34,860 nt of DNA from the NCBI GenBank assembly GCA_015233265.1, contig JADFXZ010000001.1, forward strand, positions 5,195 through 40,054. Reading direction: 5' to 3'. The position numbers and the translations under genes are program-made. This document shows, piece by piece, positions 19,774 through 27,306 of the stretch. The notes under the pieces are model-generated. The model did no database searches and was not told the origin of the DNA. It saw nothing but the letters and a program-made list of their open reading frames with translations. The DNA comes from Nitrospirota bacterium. Its GTDB lineage: Bacteria; Nitrospirota; Thermodesulfovibrionia; Thermodesulfovibrionales; Magnetobacteriaceae. The number at the start of each line of letters is the position of its first letter. The stretch's first letter is position 1.

Positions 19774-20386
19774 GCGCCCCTCTGCAATCAAAAACACCCA
19801 GCTCAGTAACAATCATATCCACCAGCACGTCATAGTTCATTACTGGCACACGCTCTACAATCTGCTGCGCATAGGCTATGGCCGCAAGGACTGGGTGTTG
19901 CGTATTATCTGCCGTGCCAATGAATCTGTCATAATAGCCGCCGCCGTAGCCCAAGCGCCCACCCGACTTGTCAAAGGCAAGACCTGGCATGACAATCATG
20001 TCAATTGCCGCAATTGACACTGGTTTCGACCGCTGTGGATGCGGCTCCAGTATATTCATATATCCCGGGATGAGTTCAGAGACGTCTGCTACCACATATG
20101 GCTGCAGCTGTCGCGTCTTTAGATCGACACGGGGCAGCACAACCGTCTTATTCATAGTTAACGCCACGGTAATCATCGTAAGCGTATCTGGCTCACTTCT
20201 GACAGAGGCAAAGAACATTACGGAATTAGAGTTAATGAATTCGCCGGTTTGAAATAAATTCTTTTTTATCGCGCTGTCTTTGATTTTTTTTATATCGGGG
20301 GAGATAGAATCACGTGCCGCAATAGCCTCAGCCCTAAGCGACGCCTTTGCGGACTTTTCGTCACTGAGTGCAACTGTTGCAATCAT
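19766..20386 (-). CDS. ygfA: 5-formyltetrahydrofolate cyclo-ligase
   Basis: [33 protein letters not shown] and D..VDMIVTE. Confidence 0.95.
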   Translation of the reverse strand: MIATVALSDEKSAKASLRAEAIAARDSISPDIKKIKDSAIKKNLFQTGEFINSNSVMFFASVRSEPDTLTMITVALTMNKTVVLPRVDLKTRQLQPYVVADVSELIPGYMNILEPHPQRSKPVSIAAIDMIVMPGLAFDKSGGRLGYGGGYYDRFIGTADNTQHPVLAAIAYAQQIVERVPVMNYDVLVDMIVTELGVFDCRGARE

Positions 20387-21162
20387 CTGGCGATGGCCTC
20401 TTCAATGGATTTTTTAATCAATTCGGCCTCGGCAAGTGCGCCCGGGGCGTACAGAAACGGAGGGGCTGCGTTTATGTCGGCCTTTACAATGTCTGCGCTA
20501 TGGCTTATATGACCGATGAGTTTCATGTCTTCGATATTGGCTTCGATGAAGACTAAATCTGACTTTTCCCTTATTTTACTAGCTACGACAAAGACATTCT
20601 TTACGCCAAGCGTGGCCGCCATGCCTTTGATTGTCCTTGCGGTCTGCAGACTCCTCGACCCAGGCTCAACAACTACGACAAAGGCGTCAACCGCCTCGGC
20701 AGTCCCTCGTGTGAAATGCTCTATGCCGGCTTCCATATCCACTATTACCACCATACCCGGGTCTAAAATGATGTGTTTGAGCAGTCTCTTTAGAAAAACA
20801 TTCTCAGGGCAGTAGCAGCCAGACGATGCCTCTTTGGATTTACCCATGACGAGAAGCCGAACACCGTCGATGTCGATGCTGCACGCCTGAGGGATATCAT
20901 CTACTCGCGGGTTAAGTTTGAAGACACCGCCAATAGAGCCTGGTTTTGAGCCTGTACGCTGTTCAATCAGATCAGACATCTCGGCAATTGGTTTAATGTC
21001 CTTGATTTGCGCCTGAGAAAGCCCGAGGGCTGAGGCCAGATTTGCATCGGGGTCAGCGTCAACGGCTATAACGCGTCTGCCATCGCGGACATACAAGTGG
21101 CTGAGCATTGCGGCAAGCGTGGTTTTGCCGACTCCTCCCTTTCCTGTAATTGCTATTTTCAT
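20383..21162 (-). CDS. cooC: CO dehydrogenase/ACS nickel-insertion ATPase (CooC/AcsF family)
   Basis: GKGGVGKTT, DADPDANL, FKLNP, GCYCPEN and DMEAGIEH. Confidence 0.93.
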   Translation of the reverse strand: MKIAITGKGGVGKTTLAAMLSHLYVRDGRRVIAVDADPDANLASALGLSQAQIKDIKPIAEMSDLIEQRTGSKPGSIGGVFKLNPRVDDIPQACSIDIDGVRLLVMGKSKEASSGCYCPENVFLKRLLKHIILDPGMVVIVDMEAGIEHFTRGTAEAVDAFVVVVEPGSRSLQTARTIKGMAATLGVKNVFVVASKIREKSDLVFIEANIEDMKLIGHISHSADIVKADINAAPPFLYAPGALAEAELIKKSIEEAIAR

Positions 21163-21170
21163 GAACTATA

Positions 21171-21200
21171 ATTGTACCAAACTCGATGCTCGTCTGTCAA
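21171..21200 (-). promoter_or_regulatory. Sigma70 promoter of the cooC-ygfA-folE-folD-metV operon
   Basis: TTGACA-18 nt-TACAAT on the minus strand, with an extended TG, 8 nt before the ATG. Confidence 0.7.
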
Positions 21201-21264
21201 ATGCGCGATCCAAGCCCCCGTACTTTACCAGCGCCCCACTGCATGATCTGCAATCCTGTGACGG

Positions 21265-21579
21265 TTAAGCCCCGACTGCCACAGTGCACTGCCTTGTGTA
21301 TGTGCCGAAAAAGTTCTGGCTGTAGCTGTCAACAGTAAAAACATCCTTGATACCGCCGTCTCGCATGGCAGCTTCGATTCCAGCGTCTCCAATACTAACC
21401 AATCCAAAAAAGGAGTAAATACATGCCTGTCCCTCCTTGAAACCTGATGCGGCACGGCCTTTAGCAACGGGCGTCCTGTGATTAGTCATCGCCCAACCGA
21501 AAGGCCCGTCGGATACATACCCGCACCCGGCCATAGACAGTGCAACTACCAACAACATAGAAAATACTGCTTTTCTCAT
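21265..21579 (-). CDS. TRL-like family lipoprotein
   Basis: Lipobox MAGC after a hydrophobic signal; K.G.AC..S..GLVS.GDA.I..A...GI......D and C-terminal CT...G. Confidence 0.8.
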   Translation of the reverse strand: MRKAVFSMLLVVALSMAGCGYVSDGPFGWAMTNHRTPVAKGRAASGFKEGQACIYSFFGLVSIGDAGIEAAMRDGGIKDVFTVDSYSQNFFGTYTRQCTVAVGA

Positions 21580-21693
21580 CGTCACGCTCCTCGTGCCAAT
21601 CTGCAAACAACCAGCCGCCAATGAAAAACGCGTTAACCATTGGATTCGAACACGTCCCGTTATCTGGCAGGGCTTCAGTCTACTCTAAATATT

Positions 21694-22152
21694 TCAGGCC
21701 TTCTTTGAAAGCCCTTTTGACATCATTTTTGATGCAAGATTGGGAAGCAGATAGAGTTCTTTAGAGATTTCCAGTACGCTGCCGAGATATTTAGTAGTCT
21801 CCTCTGAGAGTTCAGCACCTTTTTTCTGCATATCTTTAAGGTACTCTTCCCAGCCCGAGTGATCCCAGCTGCCCTTTGTTTTGGTGATGAAGCTGACCGT
21901 GTTCTCAGCAATGCCTTTCATGGTAGCGGTTATGCCCTCGGTAGAGCTGGCAGTGCTATAGTATTTTTTCATAGATTCCAGAAGTGACCCAAGATAAGCC
22001 TTCATCTGCCCGTCTACGTCGAATCCCATTTTGCTGATACCCGAGAGAAAGTCAGTCCAGGCGGTGTGGTCCCAGACGCCTTTTTGCTGTTCGACAAATT
22101 TTGCGGCGGATTCAATAATGTCGTCAAATTGTCCTGTGGTTTTCTTAGCCAT
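21694..22152 (-). CDS. Hypothetical protein made of two homologous ~70-aa repeats
   Basis: SD GGAGG before ATG 22152. The motif KGxWDHxxW...G.......YLGS.LE..K..Y occurs twice. Confidence 0.8.
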   Translation of the reverse strand: MAKKTTGQFDDIIESAAKFVEQQKGVWDHTAWTDFLSGISKMGFDVDGQMKAYLGSLLESMKKYYSTASSTEGITATMKGIAENTVSFITKTKGSWDHSGWEEYLKDMQKKGAELSEETTKYLGSVLEISKELYLLPNLASKMMSKGLSKKA

Positions 22153-22214
22153 TGATGCCTCCAAAGCTGAAATAGTCATCTCATTCAAATGTGAGATACA
22201 AGCGCGACACATAT

Positions 22215-22243
22215 ATAATACAAAGCCGCCGCGGATTTGTCAA
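22215..22243 (-). promoter_or_regulatory. Sigma70 promoter
   Basis: TTGACA-17 nt-TATTAT upstream of the duplicated-domain gene. Confidence 0.7.
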
Positions 22244-22256
22244 TAGAGGGGCAGCC

Positions 22257-22507
22257 CAAGGTAAATTTGTTCTCCATCATAAGTAAGAGCTAGTTGCATA
22301 GTTTATTGACATCTTTAGTCCCTTTCCATCATTCCGGCTTGTCCGGAATCGTCCCTTAAATGGTTGTTTCATGATGATTTTTCCTATTTTGCGATATAAG
22401 GACAGATTCCGGACAAGCCGGAATGACAGACTAAGAAAAGGATAGTCCAGAAATCATTACAACTTCCGATGACTACTTGTTTTATCTGTCAGAACAAAAT
22501 TACCGTG
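22257..22507. mobile_element. MITE-like element A, copy 1 (complete), containing palindrome B
   Basis: Termini CAAGGTAAATTTGTTCT and AGAACAAAATTACCGTG form an imperfect inverted repeat. The left end recurs at 34470 and, inverted, at 24123. No target-site duplication was seen. Confidence 0.65.
22329..22426. repeat. dRS3/REP-like palindrome, family B, copy 1 (uninterrupted)
   Basis: Perfect 22-bp inverted repeat TCATTCCGGCTTGTCCGGAATC at 22329-22350 and 22405-22426. Each arm is itself a hairpin, ATTCCGG-N5-CCGGAAT. Confidence 0.95.
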
Positions 22508-22555
22508 CTTTTTCCCCTCCATCCCTTGTATTTTTCTTCACCGAGAATTGCTGCA

Positions 22556-22870
22556 TTACCATGTCACCCCTTTGCTCCAGCAGGACAATGACTCGCCGCA
22601 GTCTTTGGTGTTGGAGCATCCTCCGCCTGCGATTTTTGACATATCAGCCTCTGATAACTCGCTGGGTTCTGGCTTTGATGGTATTATTAATGTTATGTGG
22701 GTTGCCGTATTTTCTACAGCTTTTATTGTTATACCTACCGGTACGTCTATGTCCTGTTCTTTTAGTGCTGCCATTGTATCAGATAGTAGTTTTGTTTTAA
22801 ACGCCTCATCTTTCCATGCCTTCTTGATTAACTCCTGCATCTTGTTTGGCTTAGCATTCTTTTCTGACAT
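22556..22870 (-). CDS. NHLP-leader RiPP precursor with Cys/Ser/Thr/Trp core
   Basis: SD GAGGAGG; KKAWKDEAFKTKLLSD...VENT...LIIP...ELSEADMSKIAGG leader; core GCSNTKDCGESLSCWSKGVTW. Confidence 0.92.
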   Translation of the reverse strand: MSEKNAKPNKMQELIKKAWKDEAFKTKLLSDTMAALKEQDIDVPVGITIKAVENTATHITLIIPSKPEPSELSEADMSKIAGGGCSNTKDCGESLSCWSKGVTW

Positions 22871-23111
22871 ACACTGCTTCCTCCTCATTAGGTAATAATC
22901 GTCCGTCTTTGGTTTACGCTGCAAAAAACATTGCGGAAAAACGGTTTCCCTCTGCATCAAAGGTGATGCACCAGACGGTCAATGACCAGCGATTGCCTTC
23001 ACTCCCTAGCAGAACCGTTATTGCAGCACCCAAACAAACGCTTTGGACGGTATTGCGTCATTGATTTTACCGTTTTAATAGGCGTTGCATTGTGCTATAA
23101 CGGAAGCTGCC

Positions 23112-23462
23112 CTACTGCGCCCCCGCTGCTGATGTATTAGTAATATTTGTACTGATATTATTCACTATAACAGTACCGTCCACTATAACAGTACCGTAAG
23201 TAGATGAGATTCCACCTGCCGCCTGTTGTAGTTGCTCATCACTTAATTCGCTTATGCTTGTTGGTTTTTGAGGAATTAATATATGAATAACGTTTGCCGT
23301 ATTTTCTACCGCTTTTATTGTTACACCTGCCGGAACGTCTATGCCATGTTCTTTTAGCGCTGCATTGGTGTCTGTAAGTAGTTTTGCTTTGAAAGCCTCA
23401 TCATTCCATGCCTTCTTGATTAACTCCTGAATCTCGTTTGACTTCGCATTCTTTTCTGACAT
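23112..23462 (-). CDS. NHLP-leader RiPP precursor with proteusin-like core
   Basis: SD GAGGTGG; KKAWNDEAFKAKLLTD...ELSDEQLQQAAGG leader; core ISSTYGTVIVDGTVIVNNISTNITNTSAAGAQ. Confidence 0.92.
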   Translation of the reverse strand: MSEKNAKSNEIQELIKKAWNDEAFKAKLLTDTNAALKEHGIDVPAGVTIKAVENTANVIHILIPQKPTSISELSDEQLQQAAGGISSTYGTVIVDGTVIVNNISTNITNTSAAGAQ

Positions 23463-23720
23463 ACGCTGCTCCACCTCATTCGCTAAGTAGTGACCACCTT
23501 TAGGCAGACAAGATGGAATCCACCGTTGTCATACCGTTTATTGCTGGATATAGCGGCCCAACTGCTATATGGTTGTGGTATCATATCCAGTGTATTTTTG
23601 TCAAGAAATTAATCCCACTATATCGGTTTTAGGCTATGGCAGGTCAAACGCATTTGAAAAATAAAGCATAAATTGCCTATGTAAGCAGTCTGCCTTGTTC
23701 CTTGCCGTCATTCCGGCTTG

Positions 23721-23933
23721 CAGACTGTGTCACAATAGAAAACCAACCACATCAAATCACTAAAAAGACAGTAAAAATGATTCTTCATCTGAAATCACCC
23801 TGTCGAATCATCCTGAGCTTGTCGAAGGATTGCCGATGTATGGGGAAAAGATATACAAAGGAGCATCCTTCGACAGGCTCAGGATGATTCTAATTTGCAT
23901 GAACAATCTCGGAATCTATTATGACACAGTCTG
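23721..23933. mobile_element. 213-bp non-autonomous MITE (element M, copy 1)
   Basis: 18-bp TIR CAGACTGTGTCA(C/T)AATAG with one mismatch; 3-bp TTG duplication at 23718-23720 and 23934-23936; no transposase. Confidence 0.92.
23805..23890. repeat. Palindrome family C, copy 2 (inside MITE M)
   Basis: 26-bp inverted repeat at 23805-23830 and 23865-23890, one mismatch. Confidence 0.95.
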
Positions 23934-24068
23934 TTGTCCGGAATCTGTCCCTAACACTCGCATATTCAAAATACCCTTATAAAACACGGAACTAAGTGCA
24001 GATTCCGGACAAGCCGGAATGACGGACAGGACAAGGACAACAAAAAAGTTGAGAATCGCGTTACCTGT

Positions 24069-24126
24069 GGATGTCAAGCAAACTGGCAACTACCGCCTGC
24101 GTATAATGGAGAATAAATTTGCCGTG
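24069..24126 (-). repeat. Conserved end of element A, copy 2 (inverted)
   Basis: The reverse complement reads CACGGCAAATTTATTCTCCAT...GCGGTAGTTGC...TTGACATCC, matching 22257 onward and 34470 onward. Confidence 0.8.
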
Positions 24127-24239
24127 GTTTGCCCTTGTAGGCTATGGCCTTTATAGTGAGTTTTTATATATCATAGTGCTACGGTATAGCGTTTTATTGG
24201 CGCTGCATTATAAACTTTATTGAGATAAGGGGGCAATGT

Positions 24240-25961
24240 ATGAATACAACATCGAAAAGGCTGATGCTCATAGCCGCCGTTTTGTTTGGGTTGTTGATGT
24301 ATGGCGTTTCAGATAGCGCCGACGAAATATATAACCTGTCCATAGCGCATCTCAATGACACGCACGGCCATCTTGAGCCGTCTGCTGTCTCACTGACAGA
24401 CAACGGCCACTCGTTCACTGTGCTAGCGGGTGGGTTTCCCTGGATTGCCGGTGCACTCTCAGGCATAAGGGAATCTCACCCGAATCTCTTATTCCTTCAC
24501 GCCGGGGATGTGTTTACCGGGACGGTGTTTTTCTCGAAATACCACGGACTTGCGGATGTAGATTTCCTCAACGCGATGCACCTTGACGCCATGACAACAG
24601 GCAACCACGAATTCGACAAGGGTCCATCTGTCCTTGCGGAGTTTATCAGAAAGGCATCTTTTCCAGTCGTCTCGGCAAATCTTGACATTGCCACAGACTC
24701 CCCGCTTAATGGTCTGATTAAGCCCTATACGATTATAGAAAAAAATGGCCGCAAGATAGGCATTGTCGGCCTTACCACGACTGAGACGCCATCGATTTCC
24801 AAGCCAGGCAAAACCGTTAAGTTTGGCGATATTGCTCAATCTGCCCAGAAGGCCGTCTCCGCCCTCACCAGCCAGGGCGTGAACATTATAATCCTATTGT
24901 CACATGTTGGTTACGATGTTGATCTCGCACTTGCCCGCGCAGTCTCTGGTATCGATGTCATCGTAGGCGGACATTCTCATACGCTCTTAGGGGATGACTC
25001 ACTCAGGCAGACTGGTCTGCACCCCATTGGCCCATACCCGACAGAGGTACGCGCCGCTGACAACTCCACTGTGCTTGTTGTTACGTCATGGGAGTTTGGC
25101 AAGGTGCTTGGCCTCTTAGATGTCGATTTTGATGACAATGGCAGGATTGTCTCTTACCGTGGGGAGCCGATGATTATCCTGCCTGATACCCCGGCAAATA
25201 AGCCCCCGGAGGCGGCGCAATTTTACGAATCTGTCATGAACGGTCATATTGCCTCAACCCCAGCGTTTCAGATAGTTAAAGCAGACATGCAAGCGCAGCT
25301 GAAACTCGATAACTATACCGCACCGATTAAGGGCTTTATGAGCGAGACGGTAGCCTATGCGCTGGAGGCGCTTACACGTGCGAACAACCAGGGGCCAGGG
25401 CCGATTATTACTGACAGTATGCTTGCAAAGACCGCCGCCTCAGGGGCAGTTGCCGCCTTTATGAACGCCGGTGGTGTGCGAATAGACCTGCCAAAGGGCG
25501 CAATCTCAATCGCCGATGCCTACTCCCTCATGCCCTTTAACAATACGATATATGTCCTGAAGCTCAAAGGCTGCCAGATAAAAGACGCCATAGAGTCAAC
25601 CATAGAGTTTCAGCTAAGTAAAATGAAAAATCCACCCGTTATTTACGTCTCCGGCCTAAGACTCACACTGGATATGTCCAGGCCAAAGGGGCAGCGCGTC
25701 ACAGGCATGGAGGTAAAGACTGCAAAGACCTACGTACCCGTAAAACCTGACTCCTTCTATAAAATAGCCCTAAGCGAATACATCGCCAAAGGGGGCGATA
25801 AATTCATGCCCGCACAGGGGACGGTGGCAGTTTCACCGCTGCAGGCTGCAAGTTCCTCCATCGACACCGGTTTCGTAGACTCAGAGGTCTTTATAGACTA
25901 TATCAAGACACTTAAAAACCTGAAAAATCCGGTCGATAAGAGGATTCGTATTATTCAGTGA
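24240..25961 (+). CDS. Exported bifunctional metallophosphatase/5'-nucleotidase (UshA-like)
   Basis: Signal peptide; HLNDTHG, HAGD, GNHEFD, LSHVG, GGHSH, NAGGVR, PFNN and GGD. Confidence 0.95.
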   Translation: MNTTSKRLMLIAAVLFGLLMYGVSDSADEIYNLSIAHLNDTHGHLEPSAVSLTDNGHSFTVLAGGFPWIAGALSGIRESHPNLLFLHAGDVFTGTVFFSKYHGLADVDFLNAMHLDAMTTGNHEFDKGPSVLAEFIRKASFPVVSANLDIATDSPLNGLIKPYTIIEKNGRKIGIVGLTTTETPSISKPGKTVKFGDIAQSAQKAVSALTSQGVNIIILLSHVGYDVDLALARAVSGIDVIVGGHSHTLLGDDSLRQTGLHPIGPYPTEVRAADNSTVLVVTSWEFGKVLGLLDVDFDDNGRIVSYRGEPMIILPDTPANKPPEAAQFYESVMNGHIASTPAFQIVKADMQAQLKLDNYTAPIKGFMSETVAYALEALTRANNQGPGPIITDSMLAKTAASGAVAAFMNAGGVRIDLPKGAISIADAYSLMPFNNTIYVLKLKGCQIKDAIESTIEFQLSKMKNPPVIYVSGLRLTLDMSRPKGQRVTGMEVKTAKTYVPVKPDSFYKIALSEYIAKGGDKFMPAQGTVAVSPLQAASSSIDTGFVDSEVFIDYIKTLKNLKNPVDKRIRIIQ

Positions 25962-25979
25962 CGGCAAGTGCAACGCTGC

Positions 25980-26009
25980 GGAAAGCCCCCCGATGGGGGC
26001 TTTCCTTTT
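25980..26009 (+). terminator. Intrinsic terminator between convergent genes
   Basis: GGAAAGCCCCC-CGAT-GGGGGCTTTCC followed by TTTT. Confidence 0.85.
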
Positions 26010-26059
26010 CCAGCTATCGCAGAGAATCTGTAAATCTGCTGCTTAAAACATGCTTAACA

Positions 26060-26737
26060 CTATGCAGCGATGTTGACAATACTGCCTGCGGCCTCGGTGG
26101 TACCGGCGCTTTGCTGTTGAGCCGGCAGGTTTTGAATCAGCGTCTGCAGAAACGCCGCAAGTGTTGGCGCAGTGCCTGTCGCGTTATCTGAAGTGCTTGA
26201 TGAGTTGCCGTTACTGCCTTGCAGTGTCTGAATCAGGTTTTCAAAGGCAGTATTCAGCGCAGATGTGCCGCTGTTGGCTGCCGCCGTATTTGAGCTAAGA
26301 CCCTGCAGGAGATTTTGGAGATTAGCTGTCATGTTTGCATACTGCTCCGAAGGGCTGGATGTACCGCCGCTGTTGGCAGAGGCCGATTGAGTGGTCTGCG
26401 AATTTTGTTTAAGAGCCTGAAACAGGGTGTGCATGAAGGCATGGAGGGCCTCCGTGTCACTGTTGTAGCCTGATTGCGTGCTGGCTTCTGATGCCGAAGC
26501 TGGGGCTGACGCCGAGCTGCTCAGGGAGTCGGGTGTAATGCCAAGCTGGCTTAACGTCTGCATTATGCTGCTCATCAAGCCATTTTTATGCCCACCGCCT
26601 TGTGAGGCACCAACTGAACCCTGGTCGTTATCGCCGTCAGTGTCGCGGGCAACACCCGAAGTTTGAGAACTCTGAATCAATGTGGACTGCTGATAACTAC
26701 TGTATACTAAACTACTGCTAATGCTGTCAACTGACAT
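26060..26737 (-). CDS. Ser/Gln/Ala-rich low-complexity protein with DTDGDND motif
   Basis: SD AGGAGG before ATG 26737; short amphipathic helices separated by Ser-rich linkers; ends GSIVNIAA. Confidence 0.8.
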   Translation of the reverse strand: MSVDSISSSLVYSSYQQSTLIQSSQTSGVARDTDGDNDQGSVGASQGGGHKNGLMSSIMQTLSQLGITPDSLSSSASAPASASEASTQSGYNSDTEALHAFMHTLFQALKQNSQTTQSASANSGGTSSPSEQYANMTANLQNLLQGLSSNTAAANSGTSALNTAFENLIQTLQGSNGNSSSTSDNATGTAPTLAAFLQTLIQNLPAQQQSAGTTEAAGSIVNIAA

Positions 26738-26797
26738 ACAAACCTCCTGAGTTAGATTCAAAATATGGCACTATCCTTCGGGCTGCCCACACAGCTG

Positions 26798-26986
26798 CTA
26801 CGCGGTGATGTTTAACACGCTGGATGTACTGCTGTTCTGATTCGATGCAGTGCTTCCAGACTGTGAGGATGATTGTGTCTGCCCTGAGGCGGATTTCTTA
26901 TGATGGTGTCCGTGAGCGTGTTTACCACTTTGTGTCTGCTGTGCCACATATGGATTTGCCTGTCCGCTTATCGCTGCTGCTACCAT
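26798..26986 (-). CDS. Small Ser/Gln/His-rich protein (62 aa)
   Basis: SD AAGGAG before ATG 26986; HAHGHHHKK; ends SSVLNITA. Confidence 0.72.
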   Translation of the reverse strand: MVAAAISGQANPYVAQQTQSGKHAHGHHHKKSASGQTQSSSQSGSTASNQNSSTSSVLNITA

Positions 26987-27289
26987 ATAGTTCTCCTTAT
27001 TAACCGTTTTCGTTTCACCAATCAAGTTGGTTTAATATAACTTAGACACAACTGGTCACGTAAAAGTTTAGTCTATTTATTTATAGAAAGATATAATTAA
27101 TGATAATATAAACTATGATATATGTTATTTTATAATTACTCAAGCAAGATATATTACAAATATTCTTAATAAATTATGAAAGGTTGGTATTGATAAAATT
27201 AGATTCAGAAACACGCCGCGGCTCGCCGCCACGCATCATCGTGCCAATCTGAATTCAATTTACTCATAACCGCACTGAAGTGATATGCT

Positions 27290-27306
27290 TGCATATATCA
27301 TGCCAA
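27290..27306 (-). promoter_or_regulatory. Candidate sigma54 (-24/-12) promoter
   Basis: The minus strand reads TTGGCATGATATATGCA (GG-N10-GC). An inverted repeat lies upstream at 27362-27394. Confidence 0.55.

Larger units (their letters stand above)
23707..24023. repeat. Palindrome family B, copy 2; left arm split by a MITE
   Basis: GTCATTCCGGCTTG [213-bp insert] TTGTCCGGAATC ... GATTCCGGACAAGCCGGAATGAC (24001-24023). Confidence 0.92.

Noticed and set aside
22871-22960. Longer N-terminus given by the ORF track for the first NHLP gene (similar extensions at folE, 21621, 22212, 26761 and 27025)
   Set aside because: SD position, signal-peptide placement or family/paralogue alignment favours the downstream start codons.
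22556-23462. Nitrile hydratase alpha subunit annotation for the NHLP genes
   Set aside because: No CxxCSC metal motif and no beta subunit. A double-glycine site and variable tails are present instead.
23702-23887. 61-aa ORF inside the nested repeat
   Set aside because: It is a translation of MITE and palindrome sequence with no transposase features.
27005-27035. Sigma28-like promoter (TAAA-N16-AACGAAAA) before the 62-aa gene
   Set aside because: The match to GCCGATAA is too weak in AT-rich DNA.
27231-27247. Second sigma54-like site TTGGCACGATGATGC
   Set aside because: GG-to-GC spacing is 9 nt rather than the required 10.
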